A stretch of DNA of 43,213 nt, from positions 1-43,213 of the forward strand of contig MHII01000010.1 in NCBI GenBank assembly GCA_001817425.1. Direction: 5' to 3'. The translations under genes and the position numbers were made by a program. Below the pieces are notes generated by a model that did not search any database, had not been told where the DNA came from, and saw nothing but the letters and a program-made list of their open reading frames with translations. The stretch is from Candidatus Buchananbacteria bacterium RIFCSPHIGHO2_02_FULL_39_17. GTDB lineage: Bacteria; Patescibacteriota; Patescibacteriia; Buchananbacterales; UBA6539. Positions 1 to 6,588 of this stretch are shown here, piece after piece (the stretch's first letter is position 1; every line of letters starts with the position of its first letter).

Positions 1-10
1 TAAATTAAAA

Positions 11-58
11 ACTTTTAACTTTTGACTTGAACTTTTGCCTTTTGACTTTTGCCTTTTG
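11..58. repeat. degenerate heptamer array (CTTTTRA/CTTTTGC-like), probably one arm of an inverted array cut by the window edge
   Basis: acttttaacttttgacttgaacttttgccttttgacttttgccttttg; same unit type as 10186-10290. Confidence 0.6.
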
Positions 59-174
59 GATTATTATTAATTATACCACAATTCACCAAATTCACCAATA
101 TAAAACCAGCCCGGCTAATGCAGGACTGGTTAGAGATTTAAAGAATCAAGAATATTTGTTGAATGTTGCAGTTT

Positions 175-1023
175 TTAGGTAATGGTTAAGACAACGGTCG
201 TGGTTAAATTCTGGGCCGTCGGATTGCTTGGGATATACTGTTCCAATTTAAATTCTTTAATCCAGTAATTACCCTTGCCAAAAGTCGCGGCCGCCGTGTA
301 AATGTCAATTGAGGTCACGCCCGCGCTAAAACAATCTGTCCCGCCTTTAGTAATACTGGCGGTGCTTTGACCAGAGTTTGAAAGAATAGAACCATTGTCA
401 ACCACTAAACACATTTTGCCCAAATTATTATCTGCGCCAGTAGCATTGTAATCCAATTGCATCACGTCTTCTCCGGCTTTCCAATCGTTACCGGATAAAT
501 TAACGACCCAGCCCGCGCCCGAACCGCGCGCATCCTCAACCCGAAACGCGCCAAAAGGATTTATGGAACTCGTCTGGGCGCTGAAAGAAACGTTAACGCC
601 GGAAAAACTGGCACTTGAGGAAGCGGAAATAACATCCAAGATGCCGGCGGAAACAGTCGTATACATCGTCGAAGTAGAATTAGTCACCGCATAGACATTT
701 GAGTTTGTGCCTAACCCCAAAGAGAAAAGACTATAAATGATCAAGATTGCCGCACCAATGACAACACTATAGCTAAACCGACCTAAATTCAAGGAACGAG
801 ACGTTGGCGCTTCACTACCGGGATGAGAAGCTAGTTGGAAATAATTTGTTTTCTTAACTAAAGAAACAATTTTTTCCACTTCGGCCGCCGTATAATAACG
901 CCAACCGCGGCTGTCGCGACTCGCCTTAGGAATTAAACCCTGTTGTTCCCAGCGAATCACCGTGCTTTTATCCCGATCGATTTTACGAGTGATGTCATGA
1001 AGCCGAAATTTTTCGATTAACAT
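175..1023 (-). CDS. MerR-type HTH + transmembrane/signal segment + WxL-like extracellular domain fusion protein
   Basis: N-term [26 protein letters not shown] matches MerR HTH; hydrophobic aa ~83-105; VYA at 110-112; C-term [16 protein letters not shown] resembles the WxL-domain D-x-R...GW-x-L/V motif. Confidence 0.7.
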   Translation of the reverse strand: MLIEKFRLHDITRKIDRDKSTVIRWEQQGLIPKASRDSRGWRYYTAAEVEKIVSLVKKTNYFQLASHPGSEAPTSRSLNLGRFSYSVVIGAAILIIYSLFSLGLGTNSNVYAVTNSTSTMYTTVSAGILDVISASSSASFSGVNVSFSAQTSSINPFGAFRVEDARGSGAGWVVNLSGNDWKAGEDVMQLDYNATGADNNLGKMCLVVDNGSILSNSGQSTASITKGGTDCFSAGVTSIDIYTAAATFGKGNYWIKEFKLEQYIPSNPTAQNLTTTVVLTIT

Positions 1024-1030
1024 ATATTTG

Positions 1031-1130
1031 CCCCGACGCTACGGTCGGGATCCCCGACTTTCCCGACGTTGAGTCGGGATGCCGACTTAACACCGGCACC
1101 CTCAAAGCTAATAAATTTAGTAGTCGGGAT
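1031..1130. repeat. cluster of CCCGAC...GTCGGGA palindromic repeats
   Basis: several cccgac/gtcggga arms immediately upstream of the start codon at 1023. Confidence 0.7.
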
Positions 1131-1466
1131 TTTTATTTTTGATTTTAACCTCGACCTTTGTCCTAATAATTATAATTTATATTTAAAAAACGCCTTGATC
1201 AAAGCAAAAGCGTTACCAAATAAATTCAACTTAATTTTGAAATGGGAAATGCCGTCTTTATAGGCTTACAGCTCCCCTCCTTCGCTCAAGCGACGGAAAG
1301 GCAGGCTTTGGTTTTTGTTTTGCTTTGATTTTGATTTCTTGACTAGTGACTTTGAAAAGTACTTTTTTTGATGAAATAGTTCTTGGGGGTCTAGCCGCAA
1401 AAACCCGTTTTTGGGTCTTCTGCAGCAAGACTGCACTATCGCACCATATTACTAGCCTCTATTTAC

Positions 1467-1495
1467 ATGATAGCACATCTAACTTTTTTTGTCAA
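1467..1495 (-). promoter_or_regulatory. sigma70-type promoter
   Basis: TTGACA-17-TATCAT with TG extended -10, on the minus strand. Confidence 0.6.
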
Positions 1496-1616
1496 TCATT
1501 TTAGGAAAATTTTATTTAATTTTAGATAAAAAATCCGGCGAAAAATATTTACTCCGGCTTTATTTAAATAAAAATAATTATCCACAACTCCCACTACCCT
1601 AAGAACTAACAGCTAA

Positions 1617-1661
1617 CCCGCCTAAATTTTCCAGATTTTAAAATAAGAAAATTTTGGCGGG
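1617..1661. repeat. CCCGCC...GGCGGG hairpin element inside an AAGCT-type repeat tract
   Basis: cccgcctaaattttc...gaaaattttggcggg; may also act as a terminator. Confidence 0.5.
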
Positions 1662-1685
1662 CTAAAAGCTATAAGCCACTAAAAT

Positions 1686-3035
1686 TTAGTACTGCGAAAT
1701 CATTTTCGGAATCTTAGTTTCCCTAAACTTATGGCCAATGATTTTATCAATATTATAAGTGCCTAATTTTGGCGCCTCAACGTAGCCTTGAATCGCGGCT
1801 TCGGCAAACCAACCGGAATTAATCCAGTCCAAAAGCCATTGATTAACATAACGGGGATCTTCCTGAGTGACGGCCGCGCCGATTGTTCGCAGCCACTTGC
1901 GATTAAATTCTTCTTGCGAGCCAATCGGCGGCGACATCACGATCGGTATGCCTAAAGCACAGTAAAAACTTAATTCCGACGGCTTGGTCCATAAAATATC
2001 AGTTTGGCGCAAGGCGGCATTAAACTTTTTAAAATAATCATCCCTTGTGTTAGAAAAAATAATTTTTACTCCCCGCTCAAGCTCATGACCCAAGCCGGCC
2101 TTTTTCGCGGCTAAACGGAAATAACGACTGACGCTGTTATGAATGCCCGCGACTAAAACCAAACGAATTTTTTTAGTCAAGATCTCGTTTCTCAAACTAT
2201 TTAAAGCTTGCGCCCCAATTTCTTTTTGCGCCCCGGCGCCACCCACGGCAAAAGTTAAAGTCAATAAATGATTGCTAATTTTGGGCAACTGGCTAATGCC
2301 TAAATATTTTTTAATGATGCCGTGATACAAGGACCAGTACTTTTTTTTGGGGTCAAGGTTAACTAAACGCTGAACTAAATCTTTGTTCAACAAGTTTAAT
2401 TTAAGATTACCGATGTTTTCTAACGGCAACGGGAAGCCGGTTAAAAAAATTCTTTTACCCTGCACGCCATAAAGCTTTAATCGTTCCACTACCCGGTAAT
2501 TTGGGGCAAAATAATTAATGCGGCTGGCCGTCGGATTTTTTGGCGCCCAGGCCCGATTGATATCCGCATCCGTCGTCAAACAATAAATCTCACCCGGATA
2601 ATTAAAAACTTCCGCCATAAAAGCCGGCACAAAAAAAGTAGTGATTAACGGCAATGGCTTTTTCGCCAGCTTATTAATTAAATCTTTGCCCCACTTCTTT
2701 TTTTCAATGAGTTCATAAATTTTTTTGACCTGAAAACTTAATTTTGACAAATCACGCCGGGGATAAAATTTTGGAATTTCCTGTAAACTATCATAAAGCT
2801 CCCAGACGGCTGGACCGATAATGGGAAATTTTTTAAAACGGGACACAAACTCATAAAACTTTTTCGCTTCCCGCCAGATCTTTCGGTCTGATGCCGAAAT
2901 CCCCGGATAATTATTAGCCGAGATGATCTGATTTTTTTCGGCCAAAAATTTCAAAGGAAAAGCCGCTCGCTGATGGCCATAGCCCATGTCAACGGAAATT
3001 AACCAGGCCTTGACGTGGTTGTGGTTTGGTTTCAT
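1686..3035 (-). CDS. GT-B glycosyltransferase-like protein (MGDG synthase/UgtP-like)
   Basis: MGYGHQRAA N-terminal motif; GGAG; WTKPSEL and IGSQEEFN resemble the KPGG/PGQEE-N motifs. Confidence 0.65.
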   Translation of the reverse strand: MKPNHNHVKAWLISVDMGYGHQRAAFPLKFLAEKNQIISANNYPGISASDRKIWREAKKFYEFVSRFKKFPIIGPAVWELYDSLQEIPKFYPRRDLSKLSFQVKKIYELIEKKKWGKDLINKLAKKPLPLITTFFVPAFMAEVFNYPGEIYCLTTDADINRAWAPKNPTASRINYFAPNYRVVERLKLYGVQGKRIFLTGFPLPLENIGNLKLNLLNKDLVQRLVNLDPKKKYWSLYHGIIKKYLGISQLPKISNHLLTLTFAVGGAGAQKEIGAQALNSLRNEILTKKIRLVLVAGIHNSVSRYFRLAAKKAGLGHELERGVKIIFSNTRDDYFKKFNAALRQTDILWTKPSELSFYCALGIPIVMSPPIGSQEEFNRKWLRTIGAAVTQEDPRYVNQWLLDWINSGWFAEAAIQGYVEAPKLGTYNIDKIIGHKFRETKIPKMISQY

Positions 3036-3075
3036 ATAATTTCATTTTAGCAGAAAAAATAAGAGTTTGAAACTC

Positions 3076-3104
3076 TTGCTCATTTAAAATCAAACCGCTA
3101 TAAT
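3076..3104 (+). promoter_or_regulatory. sigma70-type promoter of dedA, probably giving a leaderless mRNA
   Basis: TTGCTC-17-TATAAT ending 6 nt before the ATG at 3111. Confidence 0.5.
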
Positions 3105-3110
3105 TGATTT

Positions 3111-3722
3111 ATGATTGAAGCGATTGTTAGTTTTTTGGTTTATTGGATTACTTATATCATCGGTTTGACCGGCTATGCGGGCATTTTTTTATTAATGCTT
3201 CTGGAAAGCGCCGGCGCGCCGATTCCTTCGGAAATCATTATGCCGTTTTCCGGGTTTTTAATTGTTTCCGGCAAGCTCAATTTCTGGCTCGTGGTTCTGA
3301 TTGGCGCTTCGGCCAATTTAATCGGTTCAATTTTCGCCTACTTAGGCGGTGTTTGGGGCGGCCGACCAATGCTGGAAAAATGGGGCAAATACCTCTTAAT
3401 TTCCCGCCGCGATTTGGATTTGGCGGATCGCTGGTTTAAAAAACACGGTGAATTAACCGTATTTTTCAGCCGGTTGGTGCCGCTCTTGCGGACTTTTATC
3501 TCTTTTCCGGCCGGCGTGGCAAAAATGAATTTTAAAAAATTCTGTATCTATACATTTTTAGGCGCCCTACTCTGGGTTTGGCTTTTTACTTGGCTGGGCG
3601 TGAAAATGGGTCAAAATTGGGAATTAATCAGAAAAAAAATTGAGGCCTTTGATTTTTTTATTTTAGCAATTGCCGTCTTAATTATTTTTTGGTACGCAAA
3701 AAAACATTTCAAAAAATCATAA
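3111..3722 (+). CDS. dedA: DedA family membrane protein
   Basis: LESAGAPIPSEIIMPFSGF and FFSRLVPLLRTFISFPAG DedA signatures. Confidence 0.9.
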   Translation: MIEAIVSFLVYWITYIIGLTGYAGIFLLMLLESAGAPIPSEIIMPFSGFLIVSGKLNFWLVVLIGASANLIGSIFAYLGGVWGGRPMLEKWGKYLLISRRDLDLADRWFKKHGELTVFFSRLVPLLRTFISFPAGVAKMNFKKFCIYTFLGALLWVWLFTWLGVKMGQNWELIRKKIEAFDFFILAIAVLIIFWYAKKHFKKS

Positions 3723-3893
3723 TAAAGCAGCAAGCCTTGAAAAACGTATGAAAAACGCAAGTGTTTTTTAGATTTTAAATCACTATTGCTGTTCTGTGAG
3801 ACGAGGGGGCTTGGGAGCAACATTGAGACCCAAGGCGAGAGAAACTAAACTTAGATTGACGCAACGGGACGAATTGTTGCCCCCAATGGTTTT

Positions 3894-3921
3894 CTGCCAC
3901 TTTTGCCACCAAAAGTGGCAG
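3894..3921. terminator. 12-bp perfect hairpin between convergent genes
   Basis: ctgccacttttg-ccac-caaaagtggcag. Confidence 0.55.
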
Positions 3922-3927
3922 TATATT

Positions 3928-4266
3928 TTATTTCTTAATTAACCTATTCACCAAATAATTAACCACCGACAAAACAATGCCAAAAATAAAAGCGGTGACA
4001 AAACCATCAACCGAAAAACCCGGCACTAAGCCGCTGGCAATCAAAATCAAAATGGCATTAATCACTAAAGTAAAAAGCCCGAGGGTTAAAATATTAATCG
4101 GCAAAGTCAAAATCACTAGAACTGGCTTAATAATCATATTAACCAAAGCTAAAACTAAAGCGGCAACAAGCGCGGTACTAATATCAGCGACTTTAATGCC
4201 GGGCAAAATATTGGTGGCGAAAAAAATAACCACGGCAATCACGACTAATTTTATTAAAAATTTCAT
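3928..4266 (-). CDS. YvlD/phage holin family 4 (DUF360-type) membrane protein
   Basis: four hydrophobic segments; IKPVLVILTLPINILTLGLFTLVINA signature. Confidence 0.85.
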   Translation of the reverse strand: MKFLIKLVVIAVVIFFATNILPGIKVADISTALVAALVLALVNMIIKPVLVILTLPINILTLGLFTLVINAILILIASGLVPGFSVDGFVTAFIFGIVLSVVNYLVNRLIKK

Positions 4267-4441
4267 AGAATTTTTTAGTTAATAGTTAGCTCATTTCATT
4301 ATACCAAAAAATCGCCCGACAATGAACAGCTGGCTAATGATAAATTAAATGCATAAAAACCGCCCCCGCCTTGACTCATATTCGGCGAGGCAGGCAAAGA
4401 GGCGGCTAGAGTTTTCTTGATGATAAAAGGAATAGCAAAAA

Positions 4442-4624
4442 TTATTTTTTAGCTATACTTTTATTAAAACATTGTTTGCAGTATTGTAGTTTATTTTTCA
4501 ATCTAACATCTTGAATAATCTCAAATAACGAATATGATTCTTTGCCACAGCTCTGGCAATACCTCGATTCGCCGGTTACAAATTTTCTGACTCCAAATTT
4601 CTTAGCCGTTCCAATTTTTTCCAT
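4442..4624 (-). CDS. small putative zinc-binding protein (CxxC...CxxC)
   Basis: CQSC and CKQC; own promoter at 4654-4682. Confidence 0.55.
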   Translation of the reverse strand: MEKIGTAKKFGVRKFVTGESRYCQSCGKESYSLFEIIQDVRLKNKLQYCKQCFNKSIAKK

Positions 4625-4653
4625 ATTATTTTTGGTTAAATTTGCCTCTTATA

Positions 4654-4682
4654 ATCTTACTACTTTCTGGCTAAAAAGTCAA
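4654..4682 (-). promoter_or_regulatory. sigma70-type promoter
   Basis: TTGACT-17-TAAGAT. Confidence 0.5.
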
Positions 4683-4776
4683 TTTTATGCATAAAAGCTA
4701 AGAATGAATTTCTCGGCTTTTTCTTCTTATATGACAGTTCGAAGCCTCTCGGTTACTCGAACCAATCACTAGGCAA

Positions 4777-4847
4777 CAGGGGAAGAAGGAATTGAACCCT
4801 CATCTCTGGTTTTGGAGACCAGCATACTACCGTTGTACTATTCCCCC
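4777..4847 (-). tRNA. tRNA-Trp(CCA), 3' CCA not encoded
   Basis: GGGGGAA acceptor, CTGGT-CTCCAAA-ACCAG anticodon arm, GGTTCAATTCC T arm. Confidence 0.95.
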
Positions 4848-4852
4848 ACTAA

Positions 4853-4916
4853 GTCATCCGAACTTGATTCGGGATCTTATGATATATAAGAGATTCTGAA
4901 ACAAGTTCAGAATGAC
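4853..4916. repeat. GTCATC...GAAACAAGTTC...ATGAC palindromic (REP-like) repeat, copy 1
   Basis: self-complementary; related copy at 42703-42759. Confidence 0.75.
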
Positions 4917-4927
4917 AGTTGTCAGAC

Positions 4928-5083
4928 TTATTTAGTTTCTTTGTGCATGGAATGCTTGCGGCAATGTTTGCAGAATTTTTTTAATTCCAGACGAGTTTTA
5001 AGAATTTTTTTATTTTTGTGGGAAAAATAATTTATCCTCTTGCAATTCGTACATTCAAATTTGATTAGATTATCTTGCGGCAT
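4928..5083 (-). CDS. rpmG: 50S ribosomal protein L33 (zinc-binding type)
   Basis: CTNC...[18 protein letters not shown]; start moved to MPQD because the upstream ORF extension is repeat sequence. Confidence 0.95.
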   Translation of the reverse strand: MPQDNLIKFECTNCKRINYFSHKNKKILKTRLELKKFCKHCRKHSMHKETK

Positions 5084-5193
5084 AAGTTCTCCTTCGCTTC
5101 GCTCAGTCAAATTCAAAATTTAAAAATCAAAATTCAAAATGACTGGTTAAATAATAGTTAATTATTAAGTGTTACTAGTTAATTGTTCTTTAG

Positions 5194-5301
5194 TGGAGCC
5201 AGGGAGAGGATTTGTCCCGGTCGCCTTAGGCGACCGAGGATCCCGACTTCTTAATTATTTTAATAAATCAGTGCGTCGGGGAACCGGGAACCTACAGTTT
5301 A
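5194..5301 (-). pseudogene. 3' part of a tRNA-Thr-like gene with a palindromic insertion in the T loop
   Basis: tggagccagggagaggatttg [insert ~5215-5280] gaaccgggaacctacagttta; 5' half absent. Confidence 0.7.
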
Positions 5302-5362
5302 TCCCGATTTTATAAAAATTTTACTGGAGCCGGAGGTCGGATTCGGACCGACGACTTATTTA

Positions 5363-5467
5363 CCCCGCACCATTTGCCAACAAGCCAGGAGAGGGATTCG
5401 AACCCACGACCTACTGTTTACAAAACAGTTGCTCTACCGCTGAGCTATCCTGGCAAATGGTGCGGGG
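5363..5467. mobile_element. miniature element with 17-bp perfect inverted repeats enclosing tRNA-Thr(TGT)
   Basis: ccccgcaccatttgcca (5363-5379) / tggcaaatggtgcgggg (5451-5467); mobility is inferred. Confidence 0.6.
5383..5454 (-). tRNA. tRNA-Thr(TGT), intact, CCA not encoded
   Basis: GCCAGGA acceptor, ACTGT-TTTGTAA-ACAGT anticodon arm, GGTTCGAATCC T arm. Confidence 0.92.
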
Positions 5468-5610
5468 CTGGCGCAAAACAGTTACTCTACCACTGAGTTA
5501 CTCCGGCTTACAGTTTCTCACTATACTCTTGAATCATTGAGAATCCCGATTCTGGCCTAAATTCAATTCGATGGTTAATTGTCAATAGTTAAATGTTAAT
5601 TATTAAAAGT

Positions 5611-5692
5611 TGGGCCGGGAGGGATTCGAACCCCCGTAGGCAAAGCCAGCTGATTTACAGTCAGCCCTCGTTGACCGCTTGAGTACCGACCC
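5611..5692 (-). tRNA. tRNA-Tyr(GTA)
   Basis: GCTGA-CTGTAAA-TCAGC anticodon arm, long variable arm, GGTTCGAATCC. Confidence 0.95.
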
Positions 5693-5726
5693 AAGTAAAC
5701 AACTATTAACTAATAACAATTGACAG

Positions 5727-6080
5727 TTAACCTTGTCTTAACTTTTTACTAAAGCCGCCTAATTGTTTAGCAATCTCTTCACATTCCAACATCATTTCAT
5801 CAAAATTCTTTCTATTAATTAAATCGGCAGAATGCATTACGTCCAGACAAGCGACAACTTCACTAGCGGAACCAAGCGACAACTGAATGAAACGAAAAAA
5901 TTCTTTATCGGATTGCCGAGCTGATCCTTCTACGATATTCAGGACTATTGACAGAGTGGCGCGCCTAAGTTGTTCTTTCAAGCTATAAACTCTCAAGTCT
6001 TGAGTCTGGTGTAAAACTAACTTATAGAAATCCCGGGCTTTAATATAGACTGGGAAGTCAAGAAAGCGAAAAGTTTCCGT
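5727..6080 (-). CDS. four helix bundle protein (23S rRNA IVP / bAvd-like family); the expected start codon reads ACG
   Basis: QLRRATLSIVLNIVEGSAR...FIQLSLGSASEV signature; frame open upstream of the ORF-track start through FRFLDFPVY to ACG at 6080-6078, with in-frame stops just beyond. Confidence 0.85.
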   Translation of the reverse strand, partial: TETFRFLDFPVYIKARDFYKLVLHQTQDLRVYSLKEQLRRATLSIVLNIVEGSARQSDKEFFRFIQLSLGSASEVVACLDVMHSADLINRKNFDEMMLECEEIAKQLGGFSKKLRQG

Positions 6081-6149
6081 AACGAAAAATTATTACTAAG
6101 CTGCGCTATGTTATTAATTGTTAATAGTTAAATGTTAACTGTTCGAAAG

Positions 6150-6430
6150 TGGAGCCCAAGCGCGGAATTGAACCGCGGACCTACTCCTTCATGTATACCT
6201 CTATTTCGTCTTCTTTAAACTTATAAGAGGATTAGACTGTATCTTAGACATATTTCACTAAAAATGAAACTTAGTCTCCCTTGTCAGTCGTTCGAGCGCG
6301 CTGTGGCACTACGGTCTGATCCATATTAGATTAGGATTTTAACCGTTATTCGGGATTCATTATCGAGTTTCCAAGACAATGGGCATCTTTAAATACCATG
6401 GAGTTGCTCTACCAGCTGAGCTACTTGGGC
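6150..6430 (-). tRNA. intron-containing tRNA-Thr(GGT); exons 6430-6395 (36 nt) and 6189-6150 (40 nt)
   Basis: joined exons give a 76-nt cloverleaf: GCCCAAG acceptor, ACTCC-ATGGTAA-GGAGT anticodon arm, GGTTCAATTCC, CCA end. Confidence 0.92.
6190..6394 (-). ncRNA. group I intron, 205 nt, no ORF
   Basis: 5' exon ends in U, intron ends in G; P1 GGU|AU pairs with AUGCC giving the U.G wobble; P7 GACUG (6289-6285) pairs with the S element AAGAUACAGUC (6245-6235); P3 UCCC/GGGA, P8 AGAC/GUCU, P9 CCUCU/AGAGG. Confidence 0.88.
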
Positions 6431-6588
6431 AAAAACTATTTAAACATATTGCTATAAATTTTTAATTTCTTTACATAAAATATCGCGTAATTTTTTATTA
6501 TTATAATAAATTGTTAAGACACCGTGTTTAATTTTTCTTTTATAAGTACCCATACCTCTTTTAGGTGTAACGACAACGGCGTAATTAA

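Larger units (their letters stand above)
5325..5507 (-). pseudogene. degenerate tRNA-Thr split in the anticodon arm by an IR element that carries a second tRNA
   Basis: 5' part GCCGGAGTAACTCAGTGGTAGAGTAACTGTTTTG (5507-5474) and 3' part TAAGTCGTCGGTCCGAATCCGACCTCCGGCTCCA (ending 5325) have complementary acceptor stems. Confidence 0.8.

Noticed and set aside
1069-1263. 64-aa plus-strand ORF
   Set aside because: Begins inside palindromic repeats, lies antisense in a leader region, no recognisable motif.
1380-1460. c-di-GMP or other known riboswitch in the HTH-WxL leader
   Set aside because: Could not match the conserved cores by eye; kept only as an unassigned structured leader.
1578-1586. Perfect DnaA box TTATCCACA
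   Set aside because: Single copy, no cluster and no dnaA nearby; insufficient for oriC.
3928-4266. Prophage suggested by a holin-family gene near tRNAs
   Set aside because: The YvlD-type family is commonly chromosomal; no integrase, capsid or lysin genes present.
5325-5507. Outer tRNA-Thr as a functional gene with a spliceable intron
   Set aside because: The insert lacks group I/II or bulge-helix-bulge features, and no excision restores a 5-bp anticodon stem with a 7-nt loop.
5727-6080. Diversity-generating retroelement suggested by the bAvd-like protein
   Set aside because: No reverse transcriptase and no TR/VR repeat pair with adenine-specific mismatches seen in the window.
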